Shown here piece after piece: positions 1 to 8,498 of a DNA stretch of 24,376 nucleotides. The translations under genes and the position numbers were made by a program. Position 1 is the stretch's first letter, and each line of letters starts with the position of its first letter. The notes below the pieces were generated by a model. That model worked only from the letters and a program-made list of their open reading frames with translations, searched no databases and was not told where the DNA came from. Source of the stretch: Bergeyella sp. (GTDB taxonomy: Bacteria > Bacteroidota > Bacteroidia > Flavobacteriales > Weeksellaceae); NCBI GenBank assembly GCA_032083825.1, contig DAMDNI010000015.1, forward strand, positions 1-24,376, given 5' to 3'.

Positions 1-46
1 GTTTGTGGCACCGAAGAACAGGGTTCGATTCCCGGAGAAACCCACA
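1..46 (+). tRNA. partial tRNA 3' end, identity not assignable; 5' part lies outside window
   Basis: T-loop-like gggttcgattccc at 21-33 flanked by a short stem, then an acceptor-3'-like run ending near 46. The gene starts upstream of position 1. Confidence 0.3.
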
Positions 47-49
47 TTT

Positions 50-122
50 GATTTCGTAGCTCAAGAGGTAGAGCATTGGTCTGTTAAGCCAAAAGTTGAA
101 AGTTCGAATCTTTCCGAAATCG
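50..122 (+). tRNA. tRNA-Asn (anticodon GTT)
   Basis: Cloverleaf by eye. Acceptor 50-56 gatttcg pairs perfectly with 115-121 cgaaatc. D stem gctc/gagc (59-62/71-74). Anticodon stem ttggt/gccaa, loop ctGTTaa (81-87). T arm gaaag-ttcgaat-ctttc (98-114). Discriminator g122. Confidence 0.75.
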
Positions 123-211
123 CACGACTATAAACTCAAAAATGAGAAAAAAGGTTCAGCAGATTTTTTGCTTCGGCTGTCTCCCGAAAACGAAATGAAA
201 CCGAACCAAAT

Positions 212-283
212 ATGGGAAGATAACGGTGGTTGTTTACCCGCCTTGGACGCGGGAGGTCGCAGGTTCGAATCCTGCTTCCCATA
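212..283 (+). tRNA. tRNA-Pro (anticodon TGG)-like with aberrant D arm; possibly a pseudogene
   Basis: Anticodon stem cccgc/gcggg with loop cTTGGac (237-253). Variable ggaggtc plus T arm gcagg-ttcgaat-cctgc match canonical Bacteroidota tRNA-Pro 3' halves. 7-bp acceptor atgggaa/ttcccat (212-218/276-282). The D arm has only a 3-bp stem and no U8. Confidence 0.45.
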
Positions 284-289
284 CATTTT

Positions 290-361
290 GCTCCATTAGC
301 ATATCGGCTAGTGCATTCGGCTTTCTACCGAAAGAAAAGGGTTCGATTCCCTTCCTCTCTG
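290..361 (+). tRNA. tRNA-Glu(TTC)-like 3' portion lacking a pairing 5' acceptor strand (pseudo-tRNA or att remnant)
   Basis: Anticodon arm ttcgg-cTTTCta-ccgaa (316-332) and T arm aaggg-ttcgatt-ccctt (337-353) are good. The 3' acceptor cctctct (354-360) has no complementary agagagg upstream (gctccat at 290-296 instead). Confidence 0.3.
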
Positions 362-395
362 CATTAAATGTTGATTTTCAACGCATTATCAATTT

Positions 396-423
396 AACAC
401 CCAAAAACACACCCAACTATTTT
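396..423. repeat. left copy of 'acacccaa' direct-repeat pair (candidate att/arm site of the integrated element)
   Basis: aacacccaaaaacacacccaactatttt. It resembles 17121-17148 gacacccaaatttacacccaattattg at the other end of the integrase-containing region: two acaccca(a) units ~13 nt apart followed by tatt. Confidence 0.4.
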
Positions 424-443
424 TTAGTTGGGTTATTCTTTTT
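411..443 (+). terminator. rho-independent terminator downstream of the tRNA cluster
   Basis: Perfect 9-bp stem acccaacta/tagttgggt with ttttt loop (411-433), followed by the T-rich tattctttttc. Confidence 0.5.
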
Positions 444-470
444 CAATTCTACGGTACCCATCTTTCTAAA

Positions 471-755
471 ATGGAGAACGGACATCTTCTGCCAAGTATT
501 GATATTGTACCACGCTTAATGAAAGTGTTTGCTATTAGTGCAGATCATCTTCTAAATGACAATGAAAGTTCTGTATTAGAGTTACAAAACCACAAACTCA
601 ACGAACAACTAATGCTCATTAATCAGTTGGACGAGAACGAGAAAAACGCTTTGATAAAGATTATAAACTCGATGCTAACGAAAAAAAGAACGAAATACCT
701 GCTGGAAGGAAAGATTTTTTTTAGAAAAATATTTTTTTATACTTTGGAATTATAA
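471..755 (+). pseudogene. 5'-truncated XRE-family HTH regulator remnant
   Basis: Translation starts ..ENGHLLPSIDIVPRLMKVFAISADHLL, which is only the second half of an HTH_XRE domain (the ...W-E-N-G-x-x-x-P-S-hh-x-L-hh-K-h-A-x-x-L-x-h-S-x-D-x-L-L pattern). The in-frame upstream sequence has a stop at 396-398 and no helix-2/3 (QxxLA) half in any frame I read. Confidence 0.5.
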
Positions 756-840
756 AAATATAAGTTTTGATTTATTTTTTTTTAATGATAAATACAAAAC
801 AAAAAGAGTGAAAACAAGCCTGCATTAATTTAATAAACAA

Positions 841-866
841 AAAACCTCGCATTTTGCGAGGTTTTT
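841..866. terminator. bidirectional rho-independent terminator between convergent genes
   Basis: aaaacctcgc-atttt-gcgaggtttt is a perfect 10-bp stem with T/A runs on both sides. It lies between the end of the plus gene (755) and the end of the minus gene (867). Confidence 0.6.
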
Positions 867-1238
867 TTACAAAACTGTATTATATTTCGATATAAGCAAA
901 TGATAAAGAAAGGAAGGTATTTGCTTATTGTAAACAACATCTTCTTTCCTTGTTCCATTATCATAATAGACGGTGTGTAATCCCATTACGTAGATATCCT
1001 TATGGATTTTGACAGTATAAAAACTTATACAATCTTCCGCCGTTGTTTCATTGATGAAGTATAAATCATCATTACTGAATAACAATAACCTGAAAGGCGA
1101 TTTGTTTTCAAGATATTTAAGCTTGTAACCACTGAATACTCTTATTAGTCTAATCTCTTTTATATCTCCCTGTTTAAACCCTTCGTTTATATTCTCTTTT
1201 ATAAAACGATTGGATATATAGTCAAATTCTCCTCTCAT
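867..1238 (-). CDS. hypothetical 123-aa protein; candidate cognate immunity protein of the upstream RHS C-terminal toxin
   Basis: Start is 2 nt after the stop of the RHS toxin gene on the same strand (classic toxin-immunity arrangement). No signal peptide or TM segment. No recognisable family by eye. Confidence 0.4.
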   Translation of the reverse strand: MRGEFDYISNRFIKENINEGFKQGDIKEIRLIRVFSGYKLKYLENKSPFRLLLFSNDDLYFINETTAEDCISFYTVKIHKDIYVMGLHTVYYDNGTRKEDVVYNKQIPSFLYHLLISKYNTVL

Positions 1239-1240
1239 AA

Positions 1241-4200
1241 TTATTCAGATAAGGTATTGTAAAGTTCCGTTCCTGTTTCTGAACCATAATAGTATCCTAC
1301 AGCTCCTCCAACAACGCCACCAATTACAGTTCCCCAAGGTCCGGCAAAAGAACCAATCATTGCACCATATTCTGCTCCTGCCCAAGCTCCTGCCCAACCT
1401 CCAATCTCACCTGATAACGCTTGTGCTTTATTATCCGCAGTTGCCACATTATAGACAGACATACCCGCAGAAACTACAACTACAGCTGTACCTGCTCCTC
1501 TTAATATCTGTGCAGTGCCTGCTCCTCCTCTAATCCTTCCGCTAGGCTTAATTCCCTTAGAAGCGTAATATTTTGCCGTAGCTAGTTGAGCTTCTTTTGT
1601 TTTAAGGATTTGAGACATTGCTTGTCCTTGTGTAGATAATTGAGCCCTAGTTGATTGTTGTAAATGATATCTATAAAAAGCATACTCTGCAGGACTTGTA
1701 TAATTATTATAAATTAATCGATTATTAGGATAATAATAGTTGAGCCTAATATGGGAGTCTTTTGCTACATTATAGCCAGAATACCAAAGCCAAGAAAAAT
1801 TATTAGAATTAGATTTTGAACCACCACCAACTACAACTTCTTCAATTGGTGTTACTTTTAAAGAAGCGGTGTTTGTCTCAGAATTATAAACATACACATT
1901 CTCTTTATCATCAATGTAAGGTTTAAATTCATCTGTTTTTGGACAGGTAGGACAATGTGCAAGAGCATTTCCACCTTCTTCAAACAATCCGGTAGGGTCA
2001 GAAAAATAAGTAGGATTATTAAATGCAAATCTGTAAGGTGTCCAACTAGGCATTATTTCAGAAAGTCCGTCTTGAACAATAAATCTTCCGATATCAGACA
2101 TATAGTGACGGAAATCCATTGCGTACATCCCTGTTTCTTGCAGTTCTTTTCCGTTGTACTTGTAATTATAAGGAATTGACATCGGGTCATAAAGAACAGG
2201 CAGCATATTATTTTTCAGGAAATTCATCCCAAAAGGGTAATAATCATTTCTGTCCATTATAGCGATTGTATTGTCAGGTTTCCGTACATAGCTCACTCTC
2301 ACATTTCCCAGATGATCTTTATACTGGTAAATATAGCGAAGATTTTCATAATCATAATAGCCTTCTGCTGTCGGAAAAAAAGAAAGGACCATATTTTCTA
2401 CTTCCGGATTTCCGGGGTCCACGACCATAGCGACCTGACGGTTCTCCATCGCTGCAAAGGCTTCTTCCTCACCGGCTGTTGTTGCGCTCACTGTCATTTC
2501 GTCTGGCTCTTCCAGTGCCTTGCGTAGCGGGTCCGTATTGGGCGTAGAATATTGAAAACCGTCCAGATATTCTGTATTGATAGTTTTTGTTCCCGAAGCA
2601 TTTGTTAAGACAAATTTCTTCTTGATCTTTACTCCATCTGCCCTGTAATAGTAATTGGTAACGTTAGCATTCTGGTTGATCTGCTTTGGAAGATTCAGAA
2701 AGTTATAAGCAATTGCAGCTATGCCTTTGTCAGGCATAGCTGTGGTATTCCCGTTTGCGTCATACGTCATGGTTTGCCCGCCTCCCTCATAGCCGCTGCT
2801 GTTTCCTGAAGCATCGATAATATTAGTTACTCTGTTTCCAGTGTACTGGTAACTGAGATTGTCTACCACAATAGGTGTATAATATTTGCCGTGTTTTCCG
2901 TTCCTGACGAGAGTTTTGATATTTCCGTTCAGATCGTAGGTCAGCACTTCATCATTGATATGGCTTTCCGGAACCGTATTATCAGGATCTTGATAAAGTC
3001 CTGCCAACAATCTGTTCAACTTATCATACTGGTACCCGTAGCGTTTCAAGGAGTTATCTTTCTCAATCCAGTCTACTTCTGCAATATTGCCGTTGTATTT
3101 AGCGGATGCTATTGTGGGATTTTCCGGGTTATTGTATTTAATTCTATATCCGAAAAGTTTCCCATTATTCAACACGTATGGAGCAGATGTCGGGATATCT
3201 CCGCTATTAATACCTTTCAGCCATCCCCTGATATTATATGCATAATCAACGGTTTGAATCGGGTTGCTTCCTGTTCCGCCTACTTTTTTCTGATCAAGCT
3301 GCCCAATCTCATTATAGTGATTGTCCGTTAACAGTTCTTTCGGAGTAATACCAACGACCTCATGATAATGCTTCAGCAGACGATTCTGATGGTCATATAC
3401 AAATTCTTCCTGTATCACCAATTCAGTATCGGTACTTCTCCTTTTGTGGTAAATATTGCTTTTCTGAGGTACTCCTACAAAATCCAACAGCTTTTCGGTT
3501 TTCGTATAGCCATTCATATGATTGGTACTATGTGTGCCGATGGTTCTTCCTTTTGAATCATACCAAAAATAATTTTTAGTCCAGCCATTGGTTTCCACAT
3601 TATTGATGTAAGAGGCAGTTAGCAAACCTTTAGTGCTGAGACTTCCTGTCTGTGGCAAAACGTCTTGTGCCAAGATTGCAGCCGGAATGGGCGGTGTTCC
3701 TGTAGGATAGGCATCATAATAGTTAACCGATAAAACCTTTGTAAAGGTATTCGGATAGTTATTGACAACAAGATTATCATAATAAACAATCAGGCCTGGC
3801 GTAGTGAAGCCGGAAGAAGAGGTTCTTTCTACATTATTAGAGCCTTTTCCATTAAGCGCGCTTTGCTCATTGTCTCTTCCTGCACCTCCATAAGTCTGGA
3901 CGCTTGCGTAAATTCCTGTATATGCCACTCTTCCGAACTTATCATACTTTGTAAAAACCCATTGTTGATCAGAACCTAAATTAGCATCCTGTGTCATCAC
4001 CAGCCTATCCTGATTATCATAAACAAGATATTCCCATCCCTTACCCGGGATTTTCTTTTCAACAAGGCGGTTTCTTCCATCATATCGGTACTGGTAGCAA
4101 AGATCATCAAGATCAGTTTGCGAAAGTGAGGCTTTGGCGGCAGCTTCCGGCGAAATCACATATGCCAGCTGATTGAATTCATTATACACATAATATGTAT

Positions 4201-4891
4201 CCGAATCTTTGATTCCGTCATTTTTGCGGACAAGTAAAATCTGACCTTCTCCGTTCTTGAATTCGATGCTTACATTGCCGTCCTCATCCGTTACTATATT
4301 TTTATAGAGCTGTGATGCTCCGTAGTTTCCGGATTGTGTAAGAGATGAACTGGTGGCATTGTTTGTCCAAGTGGTCGTAGTGACAAACTTTTTGACTTCT
4401 GTTGCAATATTGGTTCCATAAGCGAAATTAACAGGCTTATTGCTCCAGTCGTTTCCGACTTGTATCTGCTGCTGTATCCTGTCCAACGGAGAGTTTTCCA
4501 ATATTTTTTCTGAATATATTTTTTCAGTTCCGTAAGGAGAAGTAACATTTGATAAAGGATTGCCATAAATTGCTCCGTATGAGCTTCCTTGTTGCGGAAC
4601 GGGAAGATAATCCTTTACCTGCCTACCGAATTCGTCATATTCAATCTTGGTCACTATATCGTTTACCAAGGGAGATGCTTTTACATCCAGTATCTGCTTA
4701 GGTCTTGCTAAGCCATCGAAGTAAGTGATTAATTCAGCTTTATTAATACAATCGGCACCCAAACAGGTTTTAACATATATATAGTTTTCCGTAGAACTGG
4801 GAATTGTCTGTGCATTATATATGGATGATGTAATTAATAATACACCTAAAATATTTTTTTTCATGATCTTTTTAATCTTAATATACATCAT
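1241..4891 (-). CDS. RHS/YD-repeat polymorphic toxin: Sec signal peptide, YD repeats, RHS repeat-associated core ending in DPTGL, ~247-aa C-terminal toxin domain with glycine-zipper tail
   Basis: N-terminus MKKNILGVLLITSSIYNAQ is a signal peptide (likely true start at 4864). Multiple YD repeats (YRYDGRNRLVEKK, YDKFGRVAYTG, YDANGN, YDLNGN). RHS core YYPFGM...NYKYNGKELQETGMYAMDFRHY...GRFIVQDGL...SDPTGL. After DPTGL: AHCPTCPK..., ending GGWAGAWAGAEYGAMIGSFAGPWGTVIGGVVGGAVGYYYG. Confidence 0.85.
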   Translation of the reverse strand: MMYIKIKKIMKKNILGVLLITSSIYNAQTIPSSTENYIYVKTCLGADCINKAELITYFDGLARPKQILDVKASPLVNDIVTKIEYDEFGRQVKDYLPVPQQGSSYGAIYGNPLSNVTSPYGTEKIYSEKILENSPLDRIQQQIQVGNDWSNKPVNFAYGTNIATEVKKFVTTTTWTNNATSSSLTQSGNYGASQLYKNIVTDEDGNVSIEFKNGEGQILLVRKNDGIKDSDTYYVYNEFNQLAYVISPEAAAKASLSQTDLDDLCYQYRYDGRNRLVEKKIPGKGWEYLVYDNQDRLVMTQDANLGSDQQWVFTKYDKFGRVAYTGIYASVQTYGGAGRDNEQSALNGKGSNNVERTSSSGFTTPGLIVYYDNLVVNNYPNTFTKVLSVNYYDAYPTGTPPIPAAILAQDVLPQTGSLSTKGLLTASYINNVETNGWTKNYFWYDSKGRTIGTHSTNHMNGYTKTEKLLDFVGVPQKSNIYHKRRSTDTELVIQEEFVYDHQNRLLKHYHEVVGITPKELLTDNHYNEIGQLDQKKVGGTGSNPIQTVDYAYNIRGWLKGINSGDIPTSAPYVLNNGKLFGYRIKYNNPENPTIASAKYNGNIAEVDWIEKDNSLKRYGYQYDKLNRLLAGLYQDPDNTVPESHINDEVLTYDLNGNIKTLVRNGKHGKYYTPIVVDNLSYQYTGNRVTNIIDASGNSSGYEGGGQTMTYDANGNTTAMPDKGIAAIAYNFLNLPKQINQNANVTNYYYRADGVKIKKKFVLTNASGTKTINTEYLDGFQYSTPNTDPLRKALEEPDEMTVSATTAGEEEAFAAMENRQVAMVVDPGNPEVENMVLSFFPTAEGYYDYENLRYIYQYKDHLGNVRVSYVRKPDNTIAIMDRNDYYPFGMNFLKNNMLPVLYDPMSIPYNYKYNGKELQETGMYAMDFRHYMSDIGRFIVQDGLSEIMPSWTPYRFAFNNPTYFSDPTGLFEEGGNALAHCPTCPKTDEFKPYIDDKENVYVYNSETNTASLKVTPIEEVVVGGGSKSNSNNFSWLWYSGYNVAKDSHIRLNYYYPNNRLIYNNYTSPAEYAFYRYHLQQSTRAQLSTQGQAMSQILKTKEAQLATAKYYASKGIKPSGRIRGGAGTAQILRGAGTAVVVVSAGMSVYNVATADNKAQALSGEIGGWAGAWAGAEYGAMIGSFAGPWGTVIGGVVGGAVGYYYGSETGTELYNTLSE

Positions 4892-4909
4892 AAATTAATT
4901 TGCGAATAT

Positions 4910-7900
4910 TTAGTTTACAGGAAAAACCAGGGGATAATTAAAGGTTGTATTATTAGGCAAAGGTCCGTTATGAGATCTTAGAATAATATCTCCATTAGTT
5001 TTAATTGTATAATATATTTGTCCATTATAAGAATTATAATCCGATGAAGGTCTACAGGTTCCCTGTATGGTTGCAACCCGAACACCTGTTGTCCATGGTA
5101 AATTAGTGGAATTCGGTCCAGTTCCGAATGAGAGAGTGAGACTATAATAATTGTTATTTTGAACAGTAACACTTCCTCCCCCGGAAAAATAAAAAGAGAC
5201 AGGACAATAAAATGATGTGCATGAACCATTAATATTTGCAGCACTTTGTCCATTATTATTAATATCATTTTGTGCCATCTGATCTGCATCAGGCTGACTA
5301 GAATATGAAATATATTTCCCTTCTGGAACGTTATATATATAAGTTCCTCCTATAGCATTAGACCCACAATTGCTTCTTGTAAAAACTTGGCTTTTTTGAG
5401 CATTAAAAAAAATATTAGGAAGAGGTGCAGAGCTATAATTGTAATCCCATTCTTTAATAGTTCTATTATCTTTATCAGTAATTTTTTGCAGCCTGTTTCT
5501 ACTATCATAAGTGTAATTCACCCTTTGCCCAGAAGGGTTTGTTACAGTTTTAAGTCCTATTCCACCCCTATGATATGTATATGTTGTTGTTTGATAATCC
5601 TTTAGATTTGTGTTGGTGCGAAAATTGTCAAGCTTAGAAACTAAATCATCATTGCTATAATTGGAATTAGCCATCATTTGATTAGAACTACTAACAATAT
5701 CTGTAATATATGATTTGACTTGGCTGTATGTCGCACCCTCAACTTTAGCGATTATGCGTGTTTTATTATAACCCCAGACCAATGATACAGGTACACTATT
5801 TTCTGGAGTATATTGTAGAATATTCCCAACATCATCATAAAGATTATAATTTATTTTATCATACTCTTCATTTGTATTTAAATCGATAGCATTTTGAGAT
5901 GAGGGAGCGAGTAAAGTTGAAGACTGATCAACAACAGGCATAAACCCGTAGGATGATTGATTTTTTCCAATATTTTTTGAATCTAAATAAGTTTCTTTTT
6001 GAATAATTGGAAAATTATGTTTATCCAATAGTGATGTATTGACTTGATTGCTTATATGAAATGGATAAAATAATGATTCTTCGATTGTCTTATCAGGATT
6101 TGTGGTTGTTTTAGAAGTTAAGAAATTATCTCCAAAATTATTATTCTTTGTGTAACTATAGGTTTCGCTTTCTTCAATACTTTTACCACCGGAAAAATAA
6201 TTTGTTATTTTTTTGCCTACCAATTCAAAGTCGGAAAAATAAATATTATATGATGAGCCATTTACAATTGGTGCATTGGAAACTCCAGCACATGGAGAAA
6301 TAGAAGTATAACTAAAACCTTTGACACTTTGATTATATGTGTCTTGATATGAGAAATCCTCTTGTCTGACCTTACCTCCTGATTTATCAAAATATTGTCT
6401 TTGCTTGATTCTTCCTCGTTTATATATATACTCTGTATGGGGGTCAAACTTATTTTTATCATTTGCAATATACGTATCGTTCTTAAAGTCAGGATAATCA
6501 CTATAAGTAGAGTAATGATTGAAAATGGTTCCTTTGCCATTATCTTCTATAACGGTCGAGTATTCGATTGTGTTACCCATTAAATTTGAAAGATAGACGA
6601 TAGGCGAAATACTAAAATATGATTGATACATTGTTACACCACTAGCTGTAGTGGGTACTTTATAGTCAGGTAAAAAATAATTATTCTTTTGAAGCAGGAT
6701 ACCCGAAGATTGATTTGATTGCTGATCTGTCACATAGCTAAATTTTTTGATCTGTGGGATTCCAACTCCATCATAGTCAAACATAGACCTAATCCTAACA
6801 CCTCCAATGATTCCATTCTCCTGTTTTAGATCAAGGTCATTTCCAACATATCTCGAATATGTATGAGGTTCATAGAACAATCTAGTGTAACCTTTTGTTG
6901 GATAGGTTATTTTTGATAAGGTCCCATATACCACAGTATTGGGATCTGTAGCTCTAGAAGGCTCGTGCACAGATGGATTGTCATAGTTTAGTACGAAAGG
7001 TGCTGATTTATAATAACCAAAATGGTCAATATTCTTACTTGTAAATAAAGGTAAAGAATCAAAATTATTATATTCGAATGAATATGCTTGCGGTGTTTTG
7101 CTATCTATATTATTAATTGTAATTCTATCTAGTCGTAATCTTGAGTTTGGATTGTCGTTATAACTAAATGCAGCCGTAAGTAATGTATTTTGGTCGGAAC
7201 TCAAAACACTTAGACTTGTTAATTTTCTCCATTTCAATGCTTCGAGATATGGGTATATATGTTCATTCCCTCCCGTAACAGTGGGCAAAACATTCAGATT
7301 TTGATCTCTTCTGATATAATAAAAATAACTATCATCCATTTGACTCCAATTAGCTCCTGTAGCTTGTATATCCTGTCTAAATTTTACAAACGTATCAATA
7401 ATTGGAGAGTCATTTGAACCGTACTTTAATGAATTATTTACTGTAGAATTAAAAGAAATCTGTTTAGATGAGCCTGTAGTAATCTTTTTCAAATAAGAAG
7501 GAATTATTAAATTACCATTTGCATAGACCTTATTACCATCGTTATTACCATATGCGCACCCTCCACCTGCATAGTAACCTGTTGTCAGTTTGAGTGATTG
7601 AAATCCGTTCCTGTCATAAAAGGCAGCGATGTAATCTCCTCTTTCATAATCTAAATCGTAAACTAGTTTATCATATTTGTTATAAACTTTTGTTAGATAC
7701 CATGCACTGGATATAAGTGGTGTATCGATTTGATCAAAGAAATTTTGAAATGTAAATTCGATAGAATTTTGATTTGCCAAGTCTCCAAAAATAAATTTAT
7801 TCCCCTGATCGTCTATTATTGTAATCTTTCCTAGTACTTTCGGAAAAGTCCTATTATTCTGATTATTATATGCAATATAGTAGTAATTATTTGGCTGAAC

Positions 7901-8494
7901 CTTATCATTAATATCTATGACCACTTTTAAATTATTGGTGGAAGAGACCTTCCATTCTCCATCTGATCCCAGATAAAATTTTCCGCTGTATCCCATAAAG
8001 TTAAATGTAAAAACATCCGGCTCATAATCAGGAAAATGGAGGGCATTATTAGCTAAACTCGACAAATATTGCGGAGAATTCCAATTGCTTGTGTTTAAAA
8101 TATCCTTATAGTAAAAATATCCATTCCAATCGTACCAAAATCCAGATTCACTTATCTTATAGTTCAATTCATCCGCTGCCTTGCCTCTTACAGATCTAGT
8201 TACAACACCACCAGCTTGTAAAGTCCAATTTTGTCCTACCCATCCCGGGACATCGTTAACTCGAACTCCTCCAGTATCATATGACATAGAAATATCCATT
8301 GGAATCCCTCCTTCTTCTAATTGATATATAGGAACATCGACATTTGCTCTTCCTGTACTTAAGTCCATTGACAAATCTCCATATTTGCCTAATGATGCAG
8401 CATTTGGAGATTGTATGTTGATAGGCATTTCTCTGTTTTGTGCTATTATAAAATAGAAAATAGAAATAAACATTAATAAATATAGCTTTTTCAT
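4910..8494 (-). CDS. large secreted YD-repeat protein (RHS-shell partner without RHS core or toxin); beta-rich N-terminal domain of unknown function
   Basis: Signal peptide MKKLYLLMFISIFYFIIAQ. C-terminal half carries YD-type repeats (YNLYDDVGNILQY, YTYHRGG, YTYDSRNRLQKITDKDNRTIKEWDYNY). Ends in a Cys-containing N/S/T-rich domain. 18-nt gap to the downstream RHS gene. Confidence 0.7.
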   Translation of the reverse strand: MKKLYLLMFISIFYFIIAQNREMPINIQSPNAASLGKYGDLSMDLSTGRANVDVPIYQLEEGGIPMDISMSYDTGGVRVNDVPGWVGQNWTLQAGGVVTRSVRGKAADELNYKISESGFWYDWNGYFYYKDILNTSNWNSPQYLSSLANNALHFPDYEPDVFTFNFMGYSGKFYLGSDGEWKVSSTNNLKVVIDINDKVQPNNYYYIAYNNQNNRTFPKVLGKITIIDDQGNKFIFGDLANQNSIEFTFQNFFDQIDTPLISSAWYLTKVYNKYDKLVYDLDYERGDYIAAFYDRNGFQSLKLTTGYYAGGGCAYGNNDGNKVYANGNLIIPSYLKKITTGSSKQISFNSTVNNSLKYGSNDSPIIDTFVKFRQDIQATGANWSQMDDSYFYYIRRDQNLNVLPTVTGGNEHIYPYLEALKWRKLTSLSVLSSDQNTLLTAAFSYNDNPNSRLRLDRITINNIDSKTPQAYSFEYNNFDSLPLFTSKNIDHFGYYKSAPFVLNYDNPSVHEPSRATDPNTVVYGTLSKITYPTKGYTRLFYEPHTYSRYVGNDLDLKQENGIIGGVRIRSMFDYDGVGIPQIKKFSYVTDQQSNQSSGILLQKNNYFLPDYKVPTTASGVTMYQSYFSISPIVYLSNLMGNTIEYSTVIEDNGKGTIFNHYSTYSDYPDFKNDTYIANDKNKFDPHTEYIYKRGRIKQRQYFDKSGGKVRQEDFSYQDTYNQSVKGFSYTSISPCAGVSNAPIVNGSSYNIYFSDFELVGKKITNYFSGGKSIEESETYSYTKNNNFGDNFLTSKTTTNPDKTIEESLFYPFHISNQVNTSLLDKHNFPIIQKETYLDSKNIGKNQSSYGFMPVVDQSSTLLAPSSQNAIDLNTNEEYDKINYNLYDDVGNILQYTPENSVPVSLVWGYNKTRIIAKVEGATYSQVKSYITDIVSSSNQMMANSNYSNDDLVSKLDNFRTNTNLKDYQTTTYTYHRGGIGLKTVTNPSGQRVNYTYDSRNRLQKITDKDNRTIKEWDYNYSSAPLPNIFFNAQKSQVFTRSNCGSNAIGGTYIYNVPEGKYISYSSQPDADQMAQNDINNNGQSAANINGSCTSFYCPVSFYFSGGGSVTVQNNNYYSLTLSFGTGPNSTNLPWTTGVRVATIQGTCRPSSDYNSYNGQIYYTIKTNGDIILRSHNGPLPNNTTFNYPLVFPVN

Positions 8495-8498
8495 GTAT

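Noticed and set aside
226-519. 97-aa plus-strand ORF running across the tRNA-Pro-like gene, tRNA fragment and terminator
   Set aside because: Overlaps structured RNA genes and a terminator hairpin. The translation has no protein-like features. Almost certainly spurious.
4891-4910. Possibility that the 1216-aa and 1194-aa ORFs are one gene split by a frameshift
   Set aside because: The downstream ORF has its own Met plus a canonical signal peptide, and the upstream ORF ends with a distinct C-terminal domain. Two genes is the simpler reading.
1955-6583. Many short ORFs inside or antisense to the two giant YD/RHS genes (1955-2179, 2312-2527, 2891-3331, 3362-3556, 3991-4176, 4294-4566, 4978-5289, 5387-5605, 6262-6540, 6395-6583)
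   Set aside because: Embedded in long, well-supported coding regions. Low-complexity Cys/Ile-rich translations typical of antisense frames in AT-rich DNA.
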